From the NCBI RefSeq assembly GCF_000372725.1, contig NW_005201287.1:837081-901080 (forward strand): a stretch of DNA of 64,000 bases, in the 5' to 3' direction. Positions 11,645 through 22,688 of this stretch are shown here, piece by piece (positions within the stretch are counted from its first letter, which is position 1; every line of letters starts with the position of its first letter). This DNA comes from Emiliania huxleyi CCMP1516 (Eukaryota). Under the pieces are notes generated by a model. That model searched no databases, was not told the DNA's origin, and saw only the letters and a program-made list of their open reading frames with translations. A program made the position numbers and the translations under genes.

Positions 11645-12640
11645 CTACACGCCCATGAGGCGGTCGACGTGGGCGTTGGAGGCGCAGCTCTTGAGCAGCA
11701 TCATCCGGTAGACCTGCTCCACGTCGCCGCCCCCCTCGCCCAGCTTCGCGGCGTACTTGGCGAAGATTTGCTCCTCGCTTAGCCCGCCCGGCTGGAAAGA
11801 GCCCTGCGCCATCAGCGTGCGCACGCCGTCCACGATCTCGCACGAGAGGGCGACGGGGAGGTGGGCCCGCTCGCGTGCGTAGAGGCGCGCCGCCCGCCGC
11901 GCCGCCACCGCCAGCCTCGCCCGCTCCTCCACCGGCAGGCCGTGCTCCTCGTACACGCTCTCCTCGCCGTCCAGCAGCTGGCGCGGCAACAGCTCGTGAT
12001 ACAGCCGCCGCGTTTCGCGCGCGTCCAGGTCGCCGAACCAGTGACGCCGCTGGCCGTGCTGGCGCCGCAGCGCCTCCACCGTCGTGAAGACGTACGACCC
12101 GTTCGTGCCCCCTACCGCAACCGCGCCCGCGCCGCCCCCCGCCGCCGCGGCGCCGCCGCGCGCGCTCGTGCCGCGCGCAGAGGGGGCGCGGAAGGAGCGG
12201 CGCAGAGAAGCGAGGGTGCGGGAGTGCCTCCACTTGGAGTGCAGCAGCAGCGCCGTCAAGTTTGCCGGCGCCCGCCTTTCCTCCGCGACGAAGGCGAGCA
12301 CCCCCAGCGGCTCGCGCGCGCGCCCCCTCGCAAGCCGCGCGCGCGCGCGCCCCTGGTGGTGGAGGGAGGCGCGCGGCGCGCCGGGCTGGCCGGGGGCGCC
12401 GGGCGCGGGCAGCGGCGCGACGGGAGTCGGCGCCGCGGGCCCCCGCGGCCGCATCGTGTGCCAGCCCAGCTGCAGCGCATCGCTCCCGACTTGATCGGGG
12501 CGCATCCGCGTGGACTGGTCGTGCGGGATGACGAACATGGTGACGAGGATGGCGATGATGGAGATGTGTGAGCCCCACCGCATGAAGGGCATCCTGGGGT
12601 TATTGAGCAGCCCTCCCAGCTCGAGGGAGACGAGCACCAT
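11645..12640 (-). CDS. Hypothetical protein with N-terminal hydrophobic segment and a globular-looking C-terminal domain
   Basis: ORF 11645-12712 with WFGDLDARETRRLYHELLP...AARLYARER...KSCASNAHVDRL; ATG of MVLVSLE at about 12640. Confidence 0.65.
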   Translation of the reverse strand: MVLVSLELGGLLNNPRMPFMRWGSHISIIAILVTMFVIPHDQSTRMRPDQVGSDALQLGWHTMRPRGPAAPTPVAPLPAPGAPGQPGAPRASLHHQGRARARLARGRAREPLGVLAFVAEERRAPANLTALLLHSKWRHSRTLASLRRSFRAPSARGTSARGGAAAAGGGAGAVAVGGTNGSYVFTTVEALRRQHGQRRHWFGDLDARETRRLYHELLPRQLLDGEESVYEEHGLPVEERARLAVAARRAARLYARERAHLPVALSCEIVDGVRTLMAQGSFQPGGLSEEQIFAKYAAKLGEGGGDVEQVYRMMLLKSCASNAHVDRLMGV

Positions 12641-13020
12641 TGCCCGCGAAAGAGGTGCGCGCCGCCCGCCCAAAGCCCCAAAACACTCCCGAAGATTTTG
12701 ACGACACCGCACTCACTCAAGGAGGTGCCTGCCACAACTTCCCACGCGAACATAGGGCCTCCGCGGTTTTCTTTTTCTGGCGAGCAGACCTCCGGTCCGT
12801 CCGGTTGAGGTTGTGGCGCGGGGCGGCAGCCTGCGCGACCCACCCGCCGCTTCCTTCGCACGGCCCCAAATGATTTGTTAGTTTACAGACCAGCGCTCTG
12901 TCGCAGCCGCTCGTTATCCATCTCTCCTGAGTCCGTCAATCTCAAGAGAGTCGTGATTTCTTGTTGGTTAATAAAAATCTCTCTCTCTCAATCTCCAGCG
13001 GAAAAGAAGGTGTCGAGGTT
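12470..13020 (-). repeat. Left arm of inverted duplication (partner about 14676-15178)
   Basis: Reverse complement is near-identical to 14676-15178; both translate to MVLVSLE(VE)LGGLLNNPRMPFMRWGSHISII...GSDAL. Confidence 0.92.
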
Positions 13021-13444
13021 TGGCCTGCACAAGCATTTCCGGCAAACAAAAAGGAAAACACCGGAGACTGTTCTTCACCTTCCTACATACATACACAGAG
13101 GGTGATAACATGCATGTTCTCCATGTATTAAGCCGTACACGAAGAAAAGGGAGACGGGGGCGGGTGTTCTCTAGTACACGGTATGTGCATGCAAAAAATG
13201 CGCCTGCGCGCTGCGGGCTGACCCTCACTCACGCTCACACACAGCTCACGTAACTTTTTGTCGCCGTGCTTTCTTTCGGGAGCCAGTCCCGTGCCCCGTG
13301 TTGTGCGAGGGAGTTTTATGGAGCGGAATCGACCCTATCCGGTGCTCAAGTGCTCAAGCACTTAGAGTGTGCGGTCGGTATGGCACCGCGAAAGAGAGTA
13401 AATCTAAATGTGGACGTGCGCTTCGGGGATATATCATCGATCGG

Positions 13445-14734
13445 ATGCTCTTGCGCTCCGATCTCGCGACCCTGCGAGCCCCCCTTCTCCGCACCAACTG
13501 GCGCGAGCCGACGGTCGGCCGATGTGCTCTCATCGCCGCGGTCGTTGGAGGCCTTTTGCTTGCGGTGGTCGTTGGCGCGCCACCTATGGTTGAGCTGCTG
13601 GCCTATGACGCTGCTTCCACCCCGCCTCTGTTTCGGATAGCGGCCGATGGCCCCTTTGATGCAGGTCTACAGCACGGGCGGCTCGCGCGCTCTCGCATTG
13701 CTGGCTGGTTTGCGACGGCAGAGATGCGGAAAGTGTTCGCGTTTGCTGCTAGTCCGAATGGGAGCGCGGCGCTGGCCAATCTGAAGGCGGATAACATGCG
13801 CGAGTTCCCAGCCTTCGCAGAGGAGCTGCGCGGTATCGCCGCTGGGAGCGGCTTCGACGTGGATAAGATATGGTGCGCAAATCTGCTGAATGAGCTCGGC
13901 TCGCTCATGGGTCATCAGGGCTTCCAGGCAGCGCCCCAGCATTGCTCAGATGTGTACGCAATCGAGGCGGGTGGGTACAGCCGCGGATTCGTCCACGGCC
14001 ACAATGACGACTGGTCCAGTGCAGTGAAGCCATTCTGGTACTTTGCCGCATTCACATACGCCGACTCGGTCGCAGCTGGCGGCTTCCGTGCATGTGCGGG
14101 TGTGAATTACCCTGCGGCCTTGGTGGGCTGGGCGCCGACATGGAACGAGTTTGGGATCTACTCGACTCAAAATTCGATGGTGCCGCGAAAGTCTCGGGCA
14201 GGAGGGCTCGCCTGCGCCTTTGTCCAGCGCCGTGCGATCTGCTCCTCCTCGACGCTCGACGAGGCAGTGCGCGCGCTGACAGTGCCCGGCTGGAGCGAGG
14301 GCGCATCGATGAATGTGGTGGACGTGAGAGGGAAGCGGATGGCCAACGTCGAGCTCTGGGAGGACGAGTCGTCAGTGCTCGAGGTCACCGAGGACGTGAT
14401 GAACTACACCCACTTCAATCAGTACAAACACCTCACCACGCGTAAGGGGCGGGCGGTGGACAGCCCTGCGGCGTTTGCCAACGACCCGCGCCAGGCGCGC
14501 GCCGACGGGCTGCCACCGCCGCGCACCGCGGAGGACGTGAAGGCGATTCTGAGCGATGCAAAGATCTACCGGCCCGAGGCGACCATCACCACCATGGTGC
14601 TCAACGGCTCGGCGAGGCGGCTTGAGGTCTGGTGCGCCACGCGGAGCGCGGGCTCCCAGCCTCTCTACTCGTGGGACCTTGACACCTTCTTTTCCGCTGG
14701 AGAGATTGACGGACTCACTAGGAGAGATGGATAA
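13445..14734 (+). CDS. Peptidase C45 / acyl-CoA:6-aminopenicillanate acyltransferase-like Ntn-hydrolase, intronless, with N-terminal membrane anchor
   Basis: GLQHGRL...EELRGIAAG...HCSDV (candidate N-terminal nucleophile Cys)...HGHNDDW...YPAALVG...WNEFGI...HFNQY...TITTMV. Confidence 0.85.
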   Translation: MLLRSDLATLRAPLLRTNWREPTVGRCALIAAVVGGLLLAVVVGAPPMVELLAYDAASTPPLFRIAADGPFDAGLQHGRLARSRIAGWFATAEMRKVFAFAASPNGSAALANLKADNMREFPAFAEELRGIAAGSGFDVDKIWCANLLNELGSLMGHQGFQAAPQHCSDVYAIEAGGYSRGFVHGHNDDWSSAVKPFWYFAAFTYADSVAAGGFRACAGVNYPAALVGWAPTWNEFGIYSTQNSMVPRKSRAGGLACAFVQRRAICSSSTLDEAVRALTVPGWSEGASMNVVDVRGKRMANVELWEDESSVLEVTEDVMNYTHFNQYKHLTTRKGRAVDSPAAFANDPRQARADGLPPPRTAEDVKAILSDAKIYRPEATITTMVLNGSARRLEVWCATRSAGSQPLYSWDLDTFFSAGEIDGLTRRDG

Positions 14735-15178
14735 CGAGCGGCTGCGACAAAGCGCTGGTCTGTAAACTAACAATATTTGCCGGCCGTGCGAAGGAAGCGG
14801 CGGGTGGGTCGCGCAGGCGGCTGCCGCCCCGCGCCACAACCTCAACCGGACCGGAGGTCTGCTCGCCGGAAAAAGAGAAAACCGCGGGGCCCTATGTTCG
14901 CGTGGGAAGTTGTGGCAGGCACCTCCTTGAGTGCGGTGTCGTCAAAATCTTCGGGAGTGTTTTGGGGCTTTGGGCGGGCGGCGCGCACCTCTTTCGCGGG
15001 CAATGGTGCTCGTCTCCCTCGAGGTCGAGCTGGGAGGGCTGCTCAATAACCCCAGGATGCCCTTCATGCGGTGGGGCTCACACATCTCCATCATCGCCAT
15101 CCTCGTCACCATGTTCGTCATCCCGCACGACCAGTCCACGCGGATGCGCCCCGATCAAGTCGGGAGCGATGCGCTGCG
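14676..15178 (+). pseudogene. Right arm of inverted duplication: truncated 5' copy of the 11645-12640 gene
   Basis: Homology breaks after GSDAL at about 15178, where the dispersed repeat begins. Confidence 0.8.
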
Positions 15179-15492
15179 AGCAAATTCTCAGTGTTCCTGG
15201 CAGAAATCCAAGGGAGGGATGGGAGGACGCCGCGAGGGGGTTCTTAAAGAAAGAAAGAAAGAAAACAGACAACCCAAGGGAGGGATGGGAGGACGGCACG
15301 CCGCCACCACACAGGGATTTTAAGGAGAGGTGTGTGGTGCGCTGTTCTTTTTGCCCGGTGTTGCGCTGGTAGAATTCTTTTTGCAGGGCTGCTTGGAGGC
15401 GTGCGCGCAGGCCCTACTTTGGGACCGGTCCAGGGGCGAAGCCAACCTTTTATTCCGCGCCGCCGCTCGCCGGCGTCAAAGGCGAGGGGGTC

Positions 15493-16021
15493 ATGTCGTC
15501 GGTCCGGGCGCGGGCCAGCATGCGGCTTCCGCCGGAAGTGAATCGCGCGCTATACGTGCGGAACCTCCCCTTCAAGATCACCGCGGAGGAGATGTACGAC
15601 ATCTTCGGCAAGTTCGGCGCGATCCGGCAGATTCGGCTCGGCAACGCGTCCGACACGCGCGGGACCGCGTTTGTGGTGTACGAGGACATCTACGACGCGA
15701 AGAATGCCGTCGACCACCTGTCCGGCTTCAACGTCTGCGGCCGCTACCTGGTGCGCGCCGCCGCCCCGGCCGCGCCCCCTCGCGCTGCCGCCGCCGCCGC
15801 CGCCGCCCCTTCCCATCTCTGCGGCGGCGCGTCCTTGCGCATGTGGCGGCGCCTAGATCTGAGTGCCCCGGACTTGGCTCGCTCAGGTCGTGCTCTACTA
15901 CCAGCAGACCAAGATGCAGAAGCGGCTCGACACAGAGCGCGAGCAAAAGGAGCTCGCCGAGATGCGAGCCAAGCTGGGCATCGACACGGGCGACGAGGGG
16001 TACAACCTCGCCAAGCGGTAG
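15493..16021 (+). CDS. SF3B6: Splicing factor 3B subunit 6 (p14), RRM; exons 15493-15750 and 15887-16021
   Basis: [39 protein letters not shown]....[41 protein letters not shown] intron. Confidence 0.97.
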
Positions 16022-16215
16022 CAGGCAGCCTGTTCACGCCTGTCTGTCTCTCGGCTTTGAGCCGCGCGCCACATGCTGCTTGCTGGCCTGCGCTGCGCAC
16101 CGCGCCACCGCGGACCGGGACCGGGGCGCGCGCATGGTTGCCGTCATATTTTTTTCATATTTACGTGTCACATGCCGCTGAAGACAGATCTGATGATGCA
16201 CATACTACTAGAGTG

Positions 16216-18095
16216 CTATAGCTCTTCCCACTTCCCGCCGCCGCCCTGCCCCTGGAAAAACGGCGCTGAGCCTGAGGCCTGAAACGCTGAGCTGGGCCGC
16301 GCTGGACATCGCACAACATGCCTGCCGCCCTCGACGCTCGAGCCCGGCCGGCGAGCGGCGCGGCGCCGGCGCGCCGCCGGCGGGCGGGGCCGGGGGGGGG
16401 GGGGGGGGCGGGGACCGGGGGGGACGTCGACGTAGAGGACGCCCGAGCAGATGGAGCCTAGTGACCGGACCGATGCGTGATGAGTCAATGAGTGGCTCGT
16501 GGAGGACGCGCGAGAAGCCGCTGCCCTCGTGCACGTGCGTGCCGTGCCGCTCCCCTCCGGTGAGCACCGCCGCCCACACGTCCACCTCGGACTGCGCCAC
16601 CCCCTCCGCCACCCCCTCCGCCTGGCTCCCCTCGCGCAGCAGTGCCTCGCAGTAGGAGCGCGCGAGGGCGGCGAGGGCGCGCACAGGACGCTGCCGGACA
16701 CGGGGCAAGCTGGCTGGGTGAGGGGTTAGGGAGGGGATCAGAGTTGGGGCGTGCGCACCTGCCGCGCGATCGAGCGCTGGTTCCGCATCTGCGCCTGGAA
16801 GAACTCGTCGTTGGTGAGGTTGTTGAGCTTCCTGTCCGCGCAGCCGCGGGGGTGCGAGTGGGCAGCAGTGGCGGTAAAGGCGGCGGGGGCGAGTGGGGGT
16901 GAGGGGTGGGCGGGTGAGGGAAAGGGGGCTGGGAGGGGGGTTGGAGAGGTGTGGGAGGGGGTCGGACTTGCTCGCGCGCTGGCGCGAGGCGCGCTCGTGC
17001 AGCGCCGCGGCGAGGCGGCGAAGGTCAAGCAGCAGCGACGCGTCCCTCACCTCCGCCAGGCCGACAGGGCTCCCAAACAGCTCGCGCGTCTCTAGCGAGA
17101 GGGCCGGCTCGACCGGCGGCTCATCGCGCGTTGCTGCTGGCGACCTTGCCCAGCCCGACGCAACGCGCGCCCATAAGCCCGCCAGAGCGAGCCACCCTCG
17201 CTGTGGCAGAGTGGCGGCGCGGCCTCTGCGCAGCGGCCGGCGCGAGGCGTCTAGGAAGAGGCGTGCGACGGGCGAGAGCGTGCTTGGCGGCGCGAGCAGG
17301 CGAACGGGCGAGTCGAGCCCGGGCGCGATCCGGTGGCGGCCGAGCAGCGCGAGGAGCGGAGGGGAGAGCCTCGCGCGTGGCGCAGAGAGGTCGTCGCCCC
17401 ACGGCTCGTGGAGGAGGAGCTCGGCCAGCCTATTAACAATTAATCATTGGTAGAGGCGAGATATGGTTATTAATTAAGAGGAGCGAGGCCAGCCTCGAGT
17501 TGCTCTCCTTGCGCCGCAGCGAGTCGGCCTGCTGCGAGGCCCACGGCAGGCCGAGTCGCAGCAGCTCGCTCCTCAGCGAAGGGTGCGCGTCTCCAGCGTC
17601 GACCATCGCGCCAATCAGCTCGGCCGTGCTCACGAGCGACGTTGCCGCCGCCACCGCCCAGAGGCCACGCAGCACCAGCTCTCGGTTGGCGACCGTGTCG
17701 GCGTTGCGGAGCAGTGCATCCATGGTGGTGAGCGCCTCGAAACCCCGAATCCGCATGCTCTCCTCCTCCTCCTCCTCCCCCCCCCCCTCCTCCTCCTCCT
17801 CCTCTCCCGCCGCCCCGATGCCGTCGGCCGACCCCGCCCCGGCCGCCTCCCCTCCAGCCTCCGCCCCAATGCTGGCGGGCGGTGACGCAACCGCAACGCA
17901 CAAGGTCCCGTCCGCTCGTCTCCACGAGCCGTTGAGCTGGCGCCAATGGGCCTTGCCGCCGCCGGCAGCACCGTCGCAAACGGGCGGTGGCGCGTGGGCG
18001 TGCAGCCCGCCGCGCAGCTTGGCGTACCGCAGCTTGGTGTACAGCCGCGCGGGCATGGCGGCCTCGAGCTGCGCCCACAGCTGCAGCGCGGTGCC
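16216..18095 (-). CDS. Spliced coding region ending in a 2OG-Fe(II) oxygenase-like domain; may be the 3' half of the JmjC gene
   Basis: [35 protein letters not shown] resembles the HxH...SGVxY oxygenase motif; the exon with [13 protein letters not shown] lies upstream. Confidence 0.55.
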
Positions 18096-18324
18096 TGCGG
18101 CGGGGAGGAGGGCGGGAAAGACGACTCAAGCGGAGCGAGCGGCTGCTGGGACGGCCCCACTGAGCCTTGGGAGTGTCCCACCTGACGCGTGTCTAGGGAG
18201 TGTCTAGGGAGTGTCTAGGGAGTGTCTAGGAAGTGTCTAGGGAGTGTCTAGGGAGTGTCTAGGAAGTGTCTAGGGAGTGTCTAGGAAGTGTCTAGGGAGT
18301 GTCTAGGGAGTGTCTAGGAAGTGT

Positions 18325-20624
18325 CCCACCTGACGCGGCGCTGTCGCGCAAGACGGAGGCGACAGGGCCAGACAGCGGCGGAGGGGCAGGGCTGCCCCCG
18401 CGGCGCCACCGGGAGAGGACGTCAGCGGAGAGCATCAGCTCGGCCGGACCACCGCCGCCGAGAGCAAACCCGACGCCTGTGAAGAGACGATCCAGCGTCT
18501 CGGGCGTGCTCAATCCGTCTCGGCCGCAACAGCTGCGCGCCGACTCCCAGCGCCGCCGACAGCAGCCGTGTGAGACTGCGGCGGCCACGGCCGAGCAAGG
18601 TCGCCCTCGCTGCCGCCCCCTCTGCCGCCCCCTCTGCCTCCTCTGCCGCCTTCTCTGCCGCCAACCCAGCCTTGCTGCTGCACGCTGCTGGCGAGCCTCC
18701 TCCCGCCTCGGCTCCGCAGCTGGCACCGGCGCTCCCCGCCGCGCCCTCTGCAGCTTGCGGTCGACTCGCCTCCGCACAAAGCCCCTCTCGACTCGCCTCC
18801 GCACGAAGCCCCTCGCTCGGGCTGCGCCCCGATGCTCGGCTGGTGCGTCTGCGCAAGAGCAGCAGCGCGAGCGGCGCTAGCACAGCGCCGAGAGTGGCGG
18901 CGGCGGGCCAGCCGGCCTCCTCCAGGTCGGCGAGCGGGAGCAGCGCACCGGCAAACGCGCTCCCCGCCAAGACCGACCGCACCCTAGGAGGAGGAGGGGA
19001 GGGAGGAGAAGCAGCAGCCTCCCGGGGAGAGGAGCCCGCCCGCCCGCGCTCGCAGCCGTACGCCCAATGTGGCCGCGCCGTGTCGGCGTCCGTCCAATCG
19101 CGGCCCCAATAGCAGTCGGCTACGGAATAGACAAAACTGCTCGAGTCGCCGCCGCCGCACACGGACGCATTGGCGGATGCACCCGCCTCCGCCTCCGCCT
19201 CCGCCTCCACCGCCGCGCCGCCGCGTCCCTGGCGGCAAGGCTCCCTGTTCCACCACAGGTTGACTGCGAGGTTGCGTCCCGCCGGAGAGTCAACCTATTA
19301 ATTGATTATTAATTGATTATTAATCCATTATTAATTCATTATCAATTAATAGGTTGCGTCCCGCCGGAGAGTCAACCTGCAGCCGCAGGCCGTCGGGTGG
19401 AGTGAGCAGCCACCTCCGAGGCTCTCTCTGTCTCTCCGTCTCTCTGCACTCGCCTGGTGGTACCAGCCTTGCGGGATGAAGAGGCAGTCGCCGGCTCGCA
19501 CCTAGCGGCGGCGCCGAGGCCGGACAGTGTGAACAGCGCACAGCGCCGTAGGACGTATTTTCTTCTCAATAACAAGGTCTGTGAGGGGGCGAGGCGCTGC
19601 GGAGAGCCGGATGCGTGCGTGCCGCCGGGTGCGTGCGCAAAGGCGAGGGTCGAGGCGCCTCCGCTTCGAGCCAGTCGAGCTCTGCCCAGCCCGGGTAGCG
19701 GGCGAGGTCGATGGAGGAGACGTTGAGGCGGGGCGGGCCGCCGAACCCGCCGTAGGTCGCGTCCCCGCGCGAGGTGTTGTGCCACCCCAGCTCGGCCGAC
19801 TCGATGGCGCCTCCGTGCCGCGGGTGCCACAGCGCCAGCCGCTTGGAGCCGTCAAAGACGCAGAGGAAGTTGTCCTCGCCTGTCCATCACTTCTCGGATC
19901 ATGAGCAGCCAACTACTCCAGACACGCACCGGAGGTGTCCTCGCCGTCAGCGTGCACCACCGACTGCGTGCCTATCCACGAGGATGATTGGACAGTCAGT
20001 CGCTAATCAACTGTCGCCATCAGCGTGCGCCACAGGCTGCGCGCCGCCCGAAGAGAACCAGAGGATCGCCTCCGCGAGCCGCTGCGTCCCGCTGCCGCAG
20101 GCCAGCGGCGGCGGCAGCCACACGTCGTGCCGCAGCGGCCTCGGCAGCGAAGAGACGCAATAGAGAGAGAGGCCTCCTTCTCCGCCTCCTCCTCTGCGTC
20201 CTCCGCGTCCTCCGCCTCCGCCGCCGCCACTTTCGCCGCCGCCTCCGCCGCCATCGCTCTCGGAGGCCGCGGCTCCGTCGCGGTAGTGGCGCACAAACGC
20301 GGCGAGTGGCACAGACTTGGCCTCACCCGCAGCGCGCGTCTCAGTCTTGGCCAGTTCGACGTTGTCCAGGGTAACGGCGTATGGGCTGTCTCGGGCAGCA
20401 AACGCCTCGTCGGTCCAACGTGAGGATGCGGGCATCTCGGCTGCCGCTCCGAGCAGCACCACTGGAATGCCGGCAGCCGCGTCCACTCTGGACCCGCACG
20501 GTGGCGCGTAGTACTCACGGAAGCGCCTTGCCGAGGGCCACTCTGCGCGAGGCAGAGCTTCGACGTCGCCGAGCCGACCAGGCAGCGCAAATATGGACGG
20601 ACCGCTGGTCGCGTCGGCTGGCAT
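18325..20624 (-). CDS. JmjC / cupin-8 domain protein (multi-exon)
   Basis: PVVLLGAAAEMPASSRWT; ILWFSSGGAQPVAHADG..DNFLCVFDGSKRLAL; AGDCLFIPQGWYHQ|VDS...NLAVNLWW. The HxD...H iron triad is intact. Confidence 0.85.
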
Positions 20625-21089
20625 TGAGAGAAGCCACCACTGTCGCGTTGGAAGAAACACTCGCTGCGAGTCTTACTCCAGGGATGAAATCCCTGCGTGG
20701 TGGCGGCGTGCCGCCCTCCCTTCCCCCTCTCTGACGAAATCTTTGCGCTAACTCTTTTACAGACACATACGGCGAGTCTCGTCCACCTCCCCGCCCTCTT
20801 TATAGACTTAGTCAAAGTTGTGCGAGTCACGAGACTCGAGAGGTAGCCGCAGGTAGGGGGTCGTTCCTGGTTCTCGTATGGCGCTATGACTGTTCCGCGC
20901 GTTGTATGTTGACCTATAGGAATCGTTTCAATTTCAACAACCGCCGCCGCGAACAATCACCAGCCCTCCCCTGACCACTTGAACTGTAATGACGCGAGAC
21001 TCGCCAATCCGCTCACTTGCTCAGCCCTCACAGGAGCCACGCCACACCGGGACAGGCCATTCATTCTGCATTCATGTCACAAGCCCTCG

Positions 21090-22226
21090 TCAATGACGTC
21101 ATCGCCATCTTCCTCCTCCTCCTCGCCGTCCCCTTCCTCCTCCCCACCTTCGCCACCCAGGATCTCCTATAAGAGCTGCTGCACATCGTACACCTCGTCG
21201 TTGTCGTCGTCGTCCAGCACCATGTACGCCTCGCCACATTTGTCGTGGGCGATGCCGAAGCATCTCTGTGATCGTGGTGGAGGGCAGCCGGTTCCAAAAC
21301 TGCCGCCGTCGTCACCGAGCTCAAAATCGAAGCGCACAAGCACATCTGTGCGCCGCGGCATACTCGCCTGCCACATGCTCAGCGATCTCCGCGACCCACC
21401 CACTGACGCTGCAGCACTCGTCATTCACCGTCTCGTCATCTGACGATCCCGCGCAGCTTTGTCGCTTCAGATCGAAGGTCAGATCATCAGCGTTCAGCCT
21501 CCAGCGTCCGGTGCGCAGCGCGGCGGGGATGCGGACACCGAAGAGCGCATGCTGAAGCAGTTGCGTGGAGCCATCGAGCACCCCCTCACCCACCTCCTCC
21601 GGTACGTCGTCCCGCCCTCCAAAGAATATTGGGAAGCCCATCCGAAGCCGCCCCGTCGCATGATAACCGACGGCGTCGTCGGCACCGGGGAGGACGCAGA
21701 GCGGCGGATCGGCGACCACGCGCCAGCCACGCTCTGTCCACGGTAGTTGGCCAGTGGAGTTCCACTTGTACGTGGACGGCGCGCGTGCGAGCAGCTGCGA
21801 GAGGCGCCGCAGCGTCTCATAGTAGGCCGCGAGTTCGTGCAGACCTCGTGGTCCTCTGCCGACCTCTCCGAGTGTGTCGTGGTCCCATGAAACGTCGGCC
21901 ACCCACCGTGCACCGTGGGTGCGAGATTGCTCCTCGCGCCACTCGCCGTCGACGTGCCCGATGGATGGGCCAGGACCTCCATCGCAGAAGAAGTTTTGCA
22001 TGCACTCCCACAAGTCCGAGTCGTGAGGCACGCTTACGCTGATTGTCCCGCGGTTCTCAGATTCCTTCACCACGTCTACAATCGGCGAAGGCATGCCGGC
22101 GGAGGCCAGCGATTCCGCATACCAGGAGATACACGTGGATATCCGCCGAGCTCCGCGAGTGGCTCGCCGGGTCGGGCATTTGAGGTGCCATGGTGAGGGC
22201 GCACGTGAGCGTGCTGCGGGCGACAT
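21090..22226 (-). pseudogene. Hypothetical ORF, apparently frameshifted and with a premature stop near its 3' end
   Basis: A 301-aa ORF (21321-22226) overlaps a second frame (21167-21424) whose acidic tail continues past a stop; no family recognised. Confidence 0.3.
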
Positions 22227-22688
22227 GTGTTAGCGGGTGCATGTGTCAGCTCGCGTGTCAGCTCGTGTGCCGCGGCGTCTAAGTTTCTTTTTTGCCGTCG
22301 CGCTCTGCGCACTGCGGCCGGAGCGCGGAGAGGCGGGGCTGCTCGGCGTGAGGCGGGCAGGATACGGCGGGATACGGCGGGATACGGCGGGATATGGCGG
22401 GATATGGCGGGATACTGTCAGATATGGACGGAAGCGCAGGCGCCGCGGGACGGGCGCCGGGCGGCCATCTGTTGGAACGACGGAGAGATACATCAAGATA
22501 CCGCAAAAGAAAGAACCGTCCACACCAGGGCTCCTCGACCCTGCAGTCGTTCCAGCGGCGGGGCGGAGGTGGCGGCACCGGCGGCCGCACCGCCTGGCGT
22601 GGAGCCCCAGCGGCGACCCCTCGACCCAGCGGCCGCTCCAACAGTGGGGGCGGAGGCGGTGGTCGCGGCTATAATTCTTTTTCTCGCG

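Noticed and set aside
13445..14734. C45 gene as evidence of a beta-lactam biosynthesis cluster
   Set aside because: The family is widespread and no NRPS or isopenicillin synthase gene is in the window.
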